A stretch of 64,000 bases of DNA, taken from positions 81,816 through 145,815 of the forward strand of contig CAXXWC010000022.1 of the NCBI GenBank assembly GCA_963668645.2, given 5' to 3'. The stretch comes from Desulfobacterales bacterium. GTDB taxonomy: Bacteria; Desulfobacterota; Desulfobacteria; Desulfobacterales; UBA2174. This document shows, piece after piece, positions 9,685 to 17,252 of this stretch (its first letter is position 1; each line of letters starts with the position of its first letter). The position numbers and the translations under genes are program-made. The notes beneath the pieces are model-generated. The model worked only from the letters and a program-made list of their open reading frames with translations. It did no database searches and was not told the DNA's origin.

Positions 9685-10236
9685 AATATTAAGTCATCAC
9701 TTGAAAAGTGATACACCAATCGTTCAAAATTTGTTCCACGACTTTTATATAAATAGAGTTAAACTATTCATAGAAGAAATAAAGCTCCAAACTGAATTCA
9801 TAAAACAGTCCTATTCTGAATATGAGAATGAAAAAAAGGCATATTCAATTAACGCCAAAAAGATATTTCTACATATTCATCATTTTTCAGTTCATGTTGC
9901 AAATGTTTGCAAACTGTATGATAAGCTAAATGATTTTTTGTTTCTCCCTTCCCATGATGACTCAGATGTCAATACTACCTTAACAAAAGAGTTAAGAAAT
10001 CATCTTGAACATTTTGAGGAAAGGTTAGAAGCTTGGAATTATTTGCATTTTGGCAATCCCATTCTTGATATGAATATTATAAATAGTTCTACAAAGGGAA
10101 TTAAGTTAGAGAATTGTCTTAGGGTTCTTGACGTTGACAAAGATACCTTTCATATTTTAGGTGAAAGCTATTCAATTAAAGAATTATATGAAACTGTGAA
10201 TATTATTGAGAAAAAAATATTGAAATTAGAGAAATG

Positions 10237-10296
10237 GGCTAACAAAGCTATTTCAGCCGACACAAAAAGCCGCGCGGCTGAATAGCAACGTTATGT
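10237..10296 (+). other. attC site 4
   Basis: GGCTAAC...GCTATTTCAGCCG...CGGCTGAATAGC...GTTATGT; matches cassette start GTTAGCC. Confidence 0.92.
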
Positions 10297-10306
10297 GGAG
10301 AGAAAC

Positions 10307-10591
10307 ATGGACCAAAAATTTTGGAATATCGGAAAGCCAGTAGATCAACTCATTGAGAAATGTTCAGGAGTTATCAAGATTCTTTGCAAATGCTCTCGAT
10401 TCGGATAGCACAATTACCATCCTGCCGATCCCGATAAAACTAAAAACTTCTATCTGGTACTGAATGAGCTGGATGATTTGGAGCAGAGAATAACTGAATT
10501 TCGTGGGTGGGTAGAGATTCACCGCCCACATAACCAAGCAAATTCAGGCGGACCCCAAAGCCGTGTTCGCCCACTTGTCAAGGCCATGTAA
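10307..10591 (+). pseudogene. Cassette 5: small MazG-like protein with internal TAG (absent from the ORF track)
   Basis: GGAG RBS, then MDQKFWNIGKPVDQLIEKCSGVIKILCKCSRFG*HNYHP...VLNELDDLEQRI; TAG at 10406-10408; family assigned by resemblance only. Confidence 0.55.
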
Positions 10592-10647
10592 CACATCCGT
10601 GTGAAAAGTGCGGTCAACAATGGGGCCGCTGATTAGCGACGCCGCAT
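10528..10647 (+). other. Degenerate long attC site 5 (core mutated)
   Basis: ACATAAC matches cassette start GTTATGT; arms AATTCAGGCGGACCCCA / TGGGGCCGCTGATT; the expected GTT reads GCC at 10641. Confidence 0.7.
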
Positions 10648-10667
10648 ATCAAGCTGAGAACGATATC

Positions 10668-10922
10668 ATGGATTTTCTTGAACAATATTTATATAGAGCA
10701 AATGATATAATTGGTAACCGTACTAAAGATGAAGAACGGTATGACCATGAGGTATTGCGATGGCTCCGGAAAGGGAAAGGGATTAAAAAGGCCCTCAATA
10801 AAGCAAATAAGAAATATCCAAAAGAGGCTTTGAAGGTTGATGGCAACATTATCAATGATGTAGCCTCCCACTACGATTATTTATTGGAGCATGATAATAT
10901 TATTCGAAAGATTTCACATTAA
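10668..10922 (+). CDS. Cassette 6: small basic hypothetical protein
   Basis: 84-aa ORF starting just after attC5; followed by TAATAAATCGCTTTCAGCG, a possible decayed attC left arm. Confidence 0.6.
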   Translation: MDFLEQYLYRANDIIGNRTKDEERYDHEVLRWLRKGKGIKKALNKANKKYPKEALKVDGNIINDVASHYDYLLEHDNIIRKISH

Positions 10923-11200
10923 TAAATCGCTTTCAGCGAACAAATCAGTATTCCCAAGCTTTTGTTAAATTCAGAGAAGGATGGCGGAGCTGAGGATAAT
11001 CGAAAAATGTTTGAAATATTTGGTGAGCCCAAAGAACTCCTTTTTTATTCTCGATACTCAGGAAGACTCAACTCCTACGGTTATGCGAAAGGCAAATCTT
11101 GCCTGAAGTCACCTTCATATTGACATTTTTCTACCCAGGCAAACTGAGCCATTTCTCTTGGTGAACATTCAATTTCCAATTCAGGTCGTGCTCTTTTTTT

Positions 11201-11232
11201 AACATAACTGTTGCGCGCGCAACAGTTATGTT
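11201..11232. promoter_or_regulatory. Perfect 32-bp palindrome, probable MarR-family operator
   Basis: AACATAACTGTTGCGC|GCGCAACAGTTATGTT, 40 bp upstream of the MarR start. Confidence 0.75.
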
Positions 11233-11272
11233 GTAAAAGAATTCCAAATACAATGAAAAAGGAGCCAAGTAT

Positions 11273-11713
11273 ATGCAGCAACACCGTTCAATAGGAAAAC
11301 AGATCAGTACAATTTCAAGATGTTTGGCCACAATCGTGGATATAAAAATGGCCCATCTTGGGCTGAGCGCTGCTACTATTCCAGTAATAGGTTATCTTTA
11401 CGATAACGAAGGTGTGCATCAAGACGTTCTGGCTGAGGCTCTGCAGTTTGATAAAAGTTCTGCTACAAGGTCTCTGGGTCGCCTGGTCAAGGAAGAATAC
11501 GTAACTAAAACCGTTGATTCCGCAAACAAAAGACGCAATATCATCCGATGCACCAAAAAGGCCCGAGCAGTCAAACAAGAGATTTTCCATATACTTAAAA
11601 GCATTACAGACGATGTATTTTTAAATTTCAGCGATGAAGAAATTGAACAATATTTCTACTTAACTCAAAAAATACATACCAATGCAATGAACATGCTCAG
11701 GGAGATAAAATGA
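11273..11713 (+). CDS. MarR family transcriptional regulator
   Basis: Winged HTH: QDVLAEALQFDKSSATRSLGRLVKEEYV...DSANKRR; AAGGAG RBS. Confidence 0.9.
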   Translation: MQQHRSIGKQISTISRCLATIVDIKMAHLGLSAATIPVIGYLYDNEGVHQDVLAEALQFDKSSATRSLGRLVKEEYVTKTVDSANKRRNIIRCTKKARAVKQEIFHILKSITDDVFLNFSDEEIEQYFYLTQKIHTNAMNMLREIK

Positions 11714-12861
11714 TCCGTATTGCTGTTCTTTCCCTTTCATTGCTTACTGTTATGTCCGGAGCGGCTGTAGCTCCTGCTGTGGCGGATATTATCGCCTATT
11801 TCCCCGATGCTTCACCCCTTCTAGGAAAGATGGTACTCACCACACCGGCTTTAACCATTATCCCGGTAGCGTTGATTACCGGAATAATGAGCGGGAGAGT
11901 TTCCCAAAAGCTGCTAGTATACGTCGGCATATTGTTCTATATCGTCGGTGGCACAGGAGGGGGCTTATCTCATTCTATTCCGTTTTTACTGTCGATGAGA
12001 GCTGTGCTCGGAATCGGGGTTGGCATTCTTATGCCGCTTTCAACCGGCATTATTGCTGATTTTTGGTCAGGATATGAAAAAACCAAAACTATGGGCCTGG
12101 CCTCAGCATCAAACAACCTGGGAGGCATCATCGCCACTCTTTTATCAGGTTTGCTTGCTGCCATCAGTTGGCGTGCATCCTTCCTGATCTATCTCCTTGG
12201 CATACCGGTATTGATATTGGTGTTGTTTTTTATGCCTGAACAACAACCAAAACAGAGACAAGACAAACAGACTGGACAAGGTACTGTTTCTCTTGGTTTC
12301 TACATTATGTGGGGGCTCGGTATGTTTTTGCTTATGGTCGCATTCTATACCGTTCCGGTTAATATCGCCCTGTATATCCAGGAAAATCACCTTGGAGACT
12401 CACGCATGGCTGGTTTGGCTATGGCAGTACTGACAGCCTCATCATTTTTAACCGGTCTTGTCTTTGGTCGCCTGAACAAATCTATAAATATTTGGCTTCC
12501 AGGTTTGAGCCTAGGTATATTTGCCCTCTCTTTTTACGGGATATCAGCCTTTCCATCATTGATGCCTCTGTTTGCCTGTCTTGTTCTCAATGGTGTCGGT
12601 TTGGGAATATTGGTACCGTTGATCATGAACGGTGTGACCAGAAAAGCAGAACACACATCAGGAACAGCGGGGACTTCGGTGGTCACTGTTTTTCTTTTTG
12701 CCGGGCAGTTTGCGAGTCCTTTGATTACAGGCGGAGCCTCCGCCCTTCTTTTTGATGACCCCGGTATCTCCGGTATCTACTTAACGCTTGCCTGCGGGGC
12801 GGGGCTGGCAACCGTACTTGCGCTTTCATTCAGACTCATTTCCCATGGATATGCAAATTAA
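11710..12861 (+). CDS. MFS transporter (putative efflux)
   Basis: About 12 hydrophobic segments, RAVLGIGVG motif; ATGA overlap with MarR. Confidence 0.9.
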   Translation: MIRIAVLSLSLLTVMSGAAVAPAVADIIAYFPDASPLLGKMVLTTPALTIIPVALITGIMSGRVSQKLLVYVGILFYIVGGTGGGLSHSIPFLLSMRAVLGIGVGILMPLSTGIIADFWSGYEKTKTMGLASASNNLGGIIATLLSGLLAAISWRASFLIYLLGIPVLILVLFFMPEQQPKQRQDKQTGQGTVSLGFYIMWGLGMFLLMVAFYTVPVNIALYIQENHLGDSRMAGLAMAVLTASSFLTGLVFGRLNKSINIWLPGLSLGIFALSFYGISAFPSLMPLFACLVLNGVGLGILVPLIMNGVTRKAEHTSGTAGTSVVTVFLFAGQFASPLITGGASALLFDDPGISGIYLTLACGAGLATVLALSFRLISHGYAN

Positions 12862-12891
12862 CCCTATAAACGAAAGAGGAAATTTATGGAC

Positions 12892-13297
12892 AACGGCGCG
12901 AAAGGGGTCGGACCATGAAAAAAATCATAAATCAAGATGGTTGGCGAAAATAATGGCCCTAAAACGACCCTATATTCGCGTTTTTAGGTCTGAAAAGGAA
13001 GATATAACCTTGAGTAAGAGGGAGAGTTTCTCTCCAACCCCCTTTACCACCAAATGATTCGAAAACTCTATCAGCCTCGTGCGGGCAGCATCCGAACGGC
13101 GCGAAAGGGGTCGGACCATGAAAAAAATCATAAATCAAGATGGTTGGCGAAAATAATGGCCCTAAAACGACCCTATATTCGCGTTTTTAGGTCTGAAAAG
13201 GAAGATATAACCTTGAGTAAGAGGGAGAGTTTCTCTCCAACCCCCTTTACCACCAAATGATTCGAAAACTCTATCAGCCTCGTGCGGGCAGCATCCG
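12892..13297. repeat. Direct tandem duplication, 2 x 203 bp
   Basis: AACGGCGCGAAAGGGG...GCAGCATCCG at 12892-13094 and 13095-13297, identical by eye. Confidence 0.93.
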
Positions 13298-13572
13298 GAA
13301 ACTGTTCGATCGACATCCCGTCGACTCCTGCAGCGCCCGTGTTGGCCTTGACCCGTTTCCATGCGCGAAGCATGTTTTCCCGGGATAAGATCCGCTCCAG
13401 CAGGTGATCGTCCGGCTTGGACGGTTCCACAACGCGCGACATCGACACTCCACCGGGCGGTCTCGTCGTATATAATACCAGCTCACGCTTTTGCCTTCGG
13501 CTAATGTTTATGCTAATGATTACAACCAGTAACAGGGTTCACACATAGGGGACTTACACCCCTATTAGTCTA

Positions 13573-15243
13573 GTTTCCGTCCATAAATCGCCAAAATCAG
13601 CCGCCCGAGGACCCTGCAAAGAGGCGGCAGGCGAATAATCTCGAAAGAATTTAGCAAAAAACAAGCCCTTAACAGTAAATGTTACCATTCACCCTAAAAT
13701 CCGGGAACACCTCACCTGTTGGCTTTACGTATCGAACGGGTGCCGTACCGTCAGGCCAACTGTTTGCGGGCAATCGTAAGCAGGTTGGCCGAAACGATCG
13801 ACGCCCAAACATAACTCTGGAACGATCGCCATCCTTTCCAAATGCACCGATCCAGCCCCAGGCTGCGCTTGAGCCAGGATATGCCCGCCTCGATGCCGGC
13901 CCGGAAGCGACGAAGGCGCCTGTACACATACGGGCTGCGGCACATCTTCTCCGGGTCCAGGCCGCGCTTTTTGGCAAAACAGACGTCTTTGATTCCCTTG
14001 TCCTTGGCGGCCTTCAAATTCGCCTTGGAAGCAAACCCTCCGTCCAGTGCAACTTTGAGCGGGCAGCGCCCGTAAATCTTTTCTTGCCGATCGAGCATCG
14101 TCTGGGTCAAGGTCACATCGGCCGGGTTGCCTTCCACGATCTGACAATCGAGAATCAGGTTCGAACGGCCTCCGGTCAGACATATCTTGTGACCGAAAAA
14201 TGTGTCGCGCCGGTCCTTGACGATGATGTCGGTATGCTCCTCGAAAATCGACACGAGCTTTTCCGAGGCCGGAACCTTCTCTCCTTTGATGACGCGGCGC
14301 TGGGTCTGCGCGATGACCTTTTCAGTCAGTGCAACGTAGCGTTCCAATTCAAAAAACAGGCCCAGCGCGGTCAGGTTGTCAGCACCGACCGTCTTGAGCC
14401 GTTCGATAGCGCGCCGGGCCGAAGCCAACGACTTTGCCGTGTACTTGAGAAGATCGACATAGGCCCCACGACGTTCATTTTTGCTGCGGGCGTACTGAAT
14501 TTTGACCATGCGCCGTTTGGCCACCCGGCGGTGATCGTGGTATCCAAATCGGCCCAGGCCAAGATCCCGGACCCTTTGCTGCAACCGGCTCAGCACCCGG
14601 ACACAATCATACAGCAGGCTCGAATCACTGGGCGCGTGGATATTGCTTTCGACAACCGTACAATCGATACGTGCCACACGGCCTTTTTCGATCTTGTTTT
14701 GTTTGGCATAACCGAGCACTTCAAGGTTGATCGCCTCCCAGGTCTGATCCGACAGGGCCTTGATGTTTTTGTTGAGCACCGACTTTTTGAACCCCTTGTC
14801 GGCAATGCCGATACGGCAAAAACGCCGGATACTCTGGCTGTCGACCAGATGAAAAGCCAGGTCCTGGTAGGTCAACTCGTGGAGCCTCATCACCACGGCC
14901 GCTCGCAGCACCTGCTCGGCGCTCATGCCTTTTGCCCCGGCACGGCTGACAACACGGCGCCGCTTGCAAAGATCTTGCAGCACGAACTCGGTGATGATAG
15001 GTTTGCTGTCCAGGATGCCGGAGATGGCTTCGAGCTCTTGGGCTTGGATGTGGCTGGCGATCTCGGGCATCAGGGGCATTTGGCGTTGCCATTTTTCGCG
15101 CATTTTGTGTTGGTCCTTTTCTCGGCTTTGTTAGTATTTACGGTTGTTTGGCGACATCGTTTATACTACACTCAGCCTCGAAACTCCAGCACAAAATGCG
15201 CTTTTTTTATGCCGGCCGGATAGTTACGGCCGCGGATGGACAC
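13573..15243 (-). mobile_element. Insertion sequence (ISNCY/IS5-like), 1671 bp, 7-bp target duplication
   Basis: Ends GTTTCCGTCC / GGATGGACAC; TAGTCTA at 13566-13572 and 15244-15250. Confidence 0.85.
13751..15103 (-). CDS. DDE transposase (ISNCY-like), apparently intact
   Basis: RIDCTVVESNIH, FGHKICL, ALDGGFAS and FRAGIEAGISWLKR motifs. Confidence 0.9.
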   Translation of the reverse strand: MREKWQRQMPLMPEIASHIQAQELEAISGILDSKPIITEFVLQDLCKRRRVVSRAGAKGMSAEQVLRAAVVMRLHELTYQDLAFHLVDSQSIRRFCRIGIADKGFKKSVLNKNIKALSDQTWEAINLEVLGYAKQNKIEKGRVARIDCTVVESNIHAPSDSSLLYDCVRVLSRLQQRVRDLGLGRFGYHDHRRVAKRRMVKIQYARSKNERRGAYVDLLKYTAKSLASARRAIERLKTVGADNLTALGLFFELERYVALTEKVIAQTQRRVIKGEKVPASEKLVSIFEEHTDIIVKDRRDTFFGHKICLTGGRSNLILDCQIVEGNPADVTLTQTMLDRQEKIYGRCPLKVALDGGFASKANLKAAKDKGIKDVCFAKKRGLDPEKMCRSPYVYRRLRRFRAGIEAGISWLKRSLGLDRCIWKGWRSFQSYVWASIVSANLLTIARKQLA

Positions 15244-15268
15244 TAGTCTACGTTCATGCCGGGTGTAC

Positions 15269-15322
15269 ACAAGGCTATTTCAGCCGACACAAAAAGCCGC
15301 GCGGCTGAATAGCAGGTTAGAC
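15269..15322 (+). other. attC site 6 (inverse core cut by intron)
   Basis: ACAAGGCTATTTCAGCCGACACAAAAAGCCGCGCGGCTGAATAGCAGGTTAGAC, nearly identical to attC4. Confidence 0.9.
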
Positions 15323-15338
15323 CAGATAGGGTTCGCAG

Positions 15339-15935
15339 ATGGCGCTGCCTCCCGACATACAAATCCCGTATCCGAAAATCGTAGAGGCCGCTACAGATTC
15401 CTCGGGAGGTCTTGTAATGGAGGATTTTGTTCGGTTTGTCGAAGATGAATGGGTTGCCACTTATCACGACATGAGCCCTCATAGCCCGACGGTCTTGAAG
15501 TTTCAGGACCAGAGCTTCACTTTCCTTTACGATCAAACATCCGCAAACGGCAGTGATGTAGAAGACAGGATAGTCGCTGCTTACGGATGGTCGACTGTGA
15601 ATGAACAAAGGAAAGACGAAAACCGCATGAAAGGCTTTCTCGGGGGTGGCATTGATATACCGGGGAAGGGAAAGTTCGATAAAGGGCACGTACTTGCGCA
15701 TTCGATGGGGGGCGGCCTCGATGTCAACCTCTTCCCACAGAGGCCAGAATTGAACCGCGGCAGGTCAGTGGCTGGACGAGTCTACCGGCGAATGGAAAAG
15801 TACGCCGCAACTCATGTCGGGACATTCGTATTTTCACGATTGATCTATACCGACCGTAGTTGGGTACCGTCTTCTCTTGAGTACGGAGTGCTCATGCAAG
15901 ACAACCAATTGTGGGTAGAATGGTTTGAAAACTGA
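15339..15935 (+). CDS. Cassette 7: DNA/RNA non-specific (His-Me finger) endonuclease
   Basis: DKGHVLAHSMGGG..NLFPQRPELNRG resembles the DRGH...GG...N..PQ...NR signature. Confidence 0.8.
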   Translation: MALPPDIQIPYPKIVEAATDSSGGLVMEDFVRFVEDEWVATYHDMSPHSPTVLKFQDQSFTFLYDQTSANGSDVEDRIVAAYGWSTVNEQRKDENRMKGFLGGGIDIPGKGKFDKGHVLAHSMGGGLDVNLFPQRPELNRGRSVAGRVYRRMEKYAATHVGTFVFSRLIYTDRSWVPSSLEYGVLMQDNQLWVEWFEN

Positions 15936-15951
15936 ATACTCAGGTGATCTA

Positions 15952-16292
15952 ATCGGTAAGGGAATGTTTCTCTCTTCCACTCCCCACAACACATAGCATG
16001 CGGGTTTACCCTAAGGGCACTTCCGATGGACGCGCACTAGGCGGTTCGCAAAACTTACCGGGCCGTAGCCGGGTAGTGGATTTTCACCCACAGTTCTTTG
16101 ACAGATACCAGTCTCTGATCCTTGAGCCACTGGTTGGTCATACCAGTCTGGGTCGCCAGCGTGCGCACGCTTCGCCAGGGGCCTTTGCGTGTAAGGCACA
16201 TGGAATGGCCACCCCTGGATGGGTACCGAGCCTGAGTAGATTGCGGATCTTGGTACAGGCGTAGCGCCACATTTTCCAGTAGCATATCCGCA
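15952..16292 (-). mobile_element. 3' fragment of a third group IIC intron in the inverse core of the next attC
   Basis: Frameshifted maturase end (CYWKMWRY..TKIRNLLRLG / RKGPWRS.RTLATQTGMTNQWL...LWVKIHYPATAR), domain V GAACCGCCTAGTGCG, end ACCGAT abutting ATCTA (15947-15951). Confidence 0.85.
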
Positions 16293-16300
16293 CCGGAGGG

Positions 16301-16380
16301 GGGCCTCCTCGGGATGACACGGGAAGAGGTGGGCCTCCTCGGGGTGGCAAGGGGGGATCTGCCTTCCCGGGGGGACACGG
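16301..16380. repeat. Degenerate 30-bp-period repeat, reverse-complement REP-like motif
   Basis: GGGCCTCCTCGGGATGACA (16301), GGGCCTCCTCGGGGTGGCA (16331), weaker copy at 16361. Confidence 0.6.
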
Positions 16381-16452
16381 GATGGCGGGCCGGTTTGGCG
16401 GCGGCGGGTAGCCCGGTCGCAGCAGGCCTGCGCAAGGGCGGTTGCGACGCGT

Positions 16453-16608
16453 TCACGACCGGTAGATGCGGTTGGCCAGGTCCACGAACCAGGGCGGCCG
16501 CTGGGCCACCACGTAGACCAGTACGGCGCCGATGACCGGCAGGGGGATCAGGGCGTCCACCACGCAGAGCAGGAGCAGGCCTATCAAGACTTTGTTGCGA
16601 ATATTCAT
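16453..16608 (-). CDS. Small membrane protein, 51 aa (absent from the ORF track)
   Basis: AGAGG RBS; MNIRNKVLIGLLLLCVVDALIPLPVIGAVLVYVVAQRPPWFVDLANRIYRS. Confidence 0.65.
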   Translation of the reverse strand: MNIRNKVLIGLLLLCVVDALIPLPVIGAVLVYVVAQRPPWFVDLANRIYRS

Positions 16609-16664
16609 CGGTAAACCTCTTGGATTGCCCTGCCGTCAGGGGAGCAGGGCGATGTTCCGGATCG

Positions 16665-17228
16665 TCACTTTCCCTGGCGCCGTCTTCGTTGCATGTAAAC
16701 GCCCCAGACCCAGGCCCCGGCCCCGCCAACGGCGATCAGGCCGAACAGCGCCGGCTCATAACGTTTGAGGTTGCCCAGCAGCAGTTCGAGGGCGTTGCCG
16801 AACAGGTATCCGCCGCCGCCCACCGCCGCGGCCCAGACCAGGGCCCCGGCGGTGTTGAGCAGTACGAAGCTGGCCACGGGGATGCGGCTGACGCCGATGG
16901 CGAAGGGCATGACCGTTCTGAGGCCGTAAAGAAACCGGAAACCGAGGATCAAGGGGGTGCGATGGCGCTCCATCAAGCCCCTGGCCCGCTCCAGCTTGGC
17001 ACTCCAGGCCGGGCGGTGGCGGATCAGGGCCCCGGCATGGCGGCGGCCGAGGTAGAAGAAGAACTGGTCCCCGGTGAGGCTGCCGGCAAAGGCGGCCAAG
17101 ATCACAAGGGGCAGATCCAGGTAGCCGCGATGGGCGGCGAAACCGGCCAGGATCAGGATGGTTTCACCCTCGACGGCCGTGCCGAGCAGCACCGCCCAGT
17201 AGCCGTAATGTTGGAGGAATTGCTCCAA
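16665..17228 (-). CDS. DedA family membrane protein
   Basis: YGYWAVLLGTAVEGET, GDQFFFYLGR, RFLYGLR. Confidence 0.92.
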   Translation of the reverse strand: MEQFLQHYGYWAVLLGTAVEGETILILAGFAAHRGYLDLPLVILAAFAGSLTGDQFFFYLGRRHAGALIRHRPAWSAKLERARGLMERHRTPLILGFRFLYGLRTVMPFAIGVSRIPVASFVLLNTAGALVWAAAVGGGGYLFGNALELLLGNLKRYEPALFGLIAVGGAGAWVWGVYMQRRRRQGK

Positions 17229-17252
17229 ATCGCGGACCTCGAAAAAGCCGTT

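Larger units (their letters stand above)
7589..10285 (+). pseudogene. Cassette 4: HEPN-like (RNHLEH) protein of about 264 aa, split by an IS
   Basis: Removing 7789-9684 and one AATATT copy joins ...DVEIL to SHHLKSDTP... in frame; the stop codon falls inside attC4. Confidence 0.82.
13282..15268 (-). mobile_element. 5' fragment of a second group IIC intron in attC6, internally deleted and IS-interrupted
   Basis: After IS removal: GTACACCCGGCATGAACGTAGACTAATAGGGGTGTAAGTCCCCT...TAGCCGAAGGCAA, then RT N-terminus LLERILSRENMLRAWKRVKANTGAAGVDGMSI (13448 to about 13282); 5' exon ends TTGT. Confidence 0.8.

Noticed and set aside
12788..13260. Two near-identical short ORFs as a paralogous gene pair
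   Set aside because: They are by-products of the 203-bp duplication, with no recognisable domain.
4164..15322. attC copies read as terminators or CRISPR repeats
   Set aside because: They lack U-tracts, are separated by whole genes and carry matching RYYYAAC/GTTRRRY-type boxes.
13282..16292. Intron fragments 2 and 3 as halves of one intron
   Set aside because: On the minus strand the 3' fragment lies upstream of the 5' fragment and each has its own attC junction, so they are separate insertions.
16055..16729. 224-aa ORF as a real gene
   Set aside because: A chimeric frame: only its tail is maturase sequence; the rest crosses repeats and overlaps the small membrane gene and DedA end.
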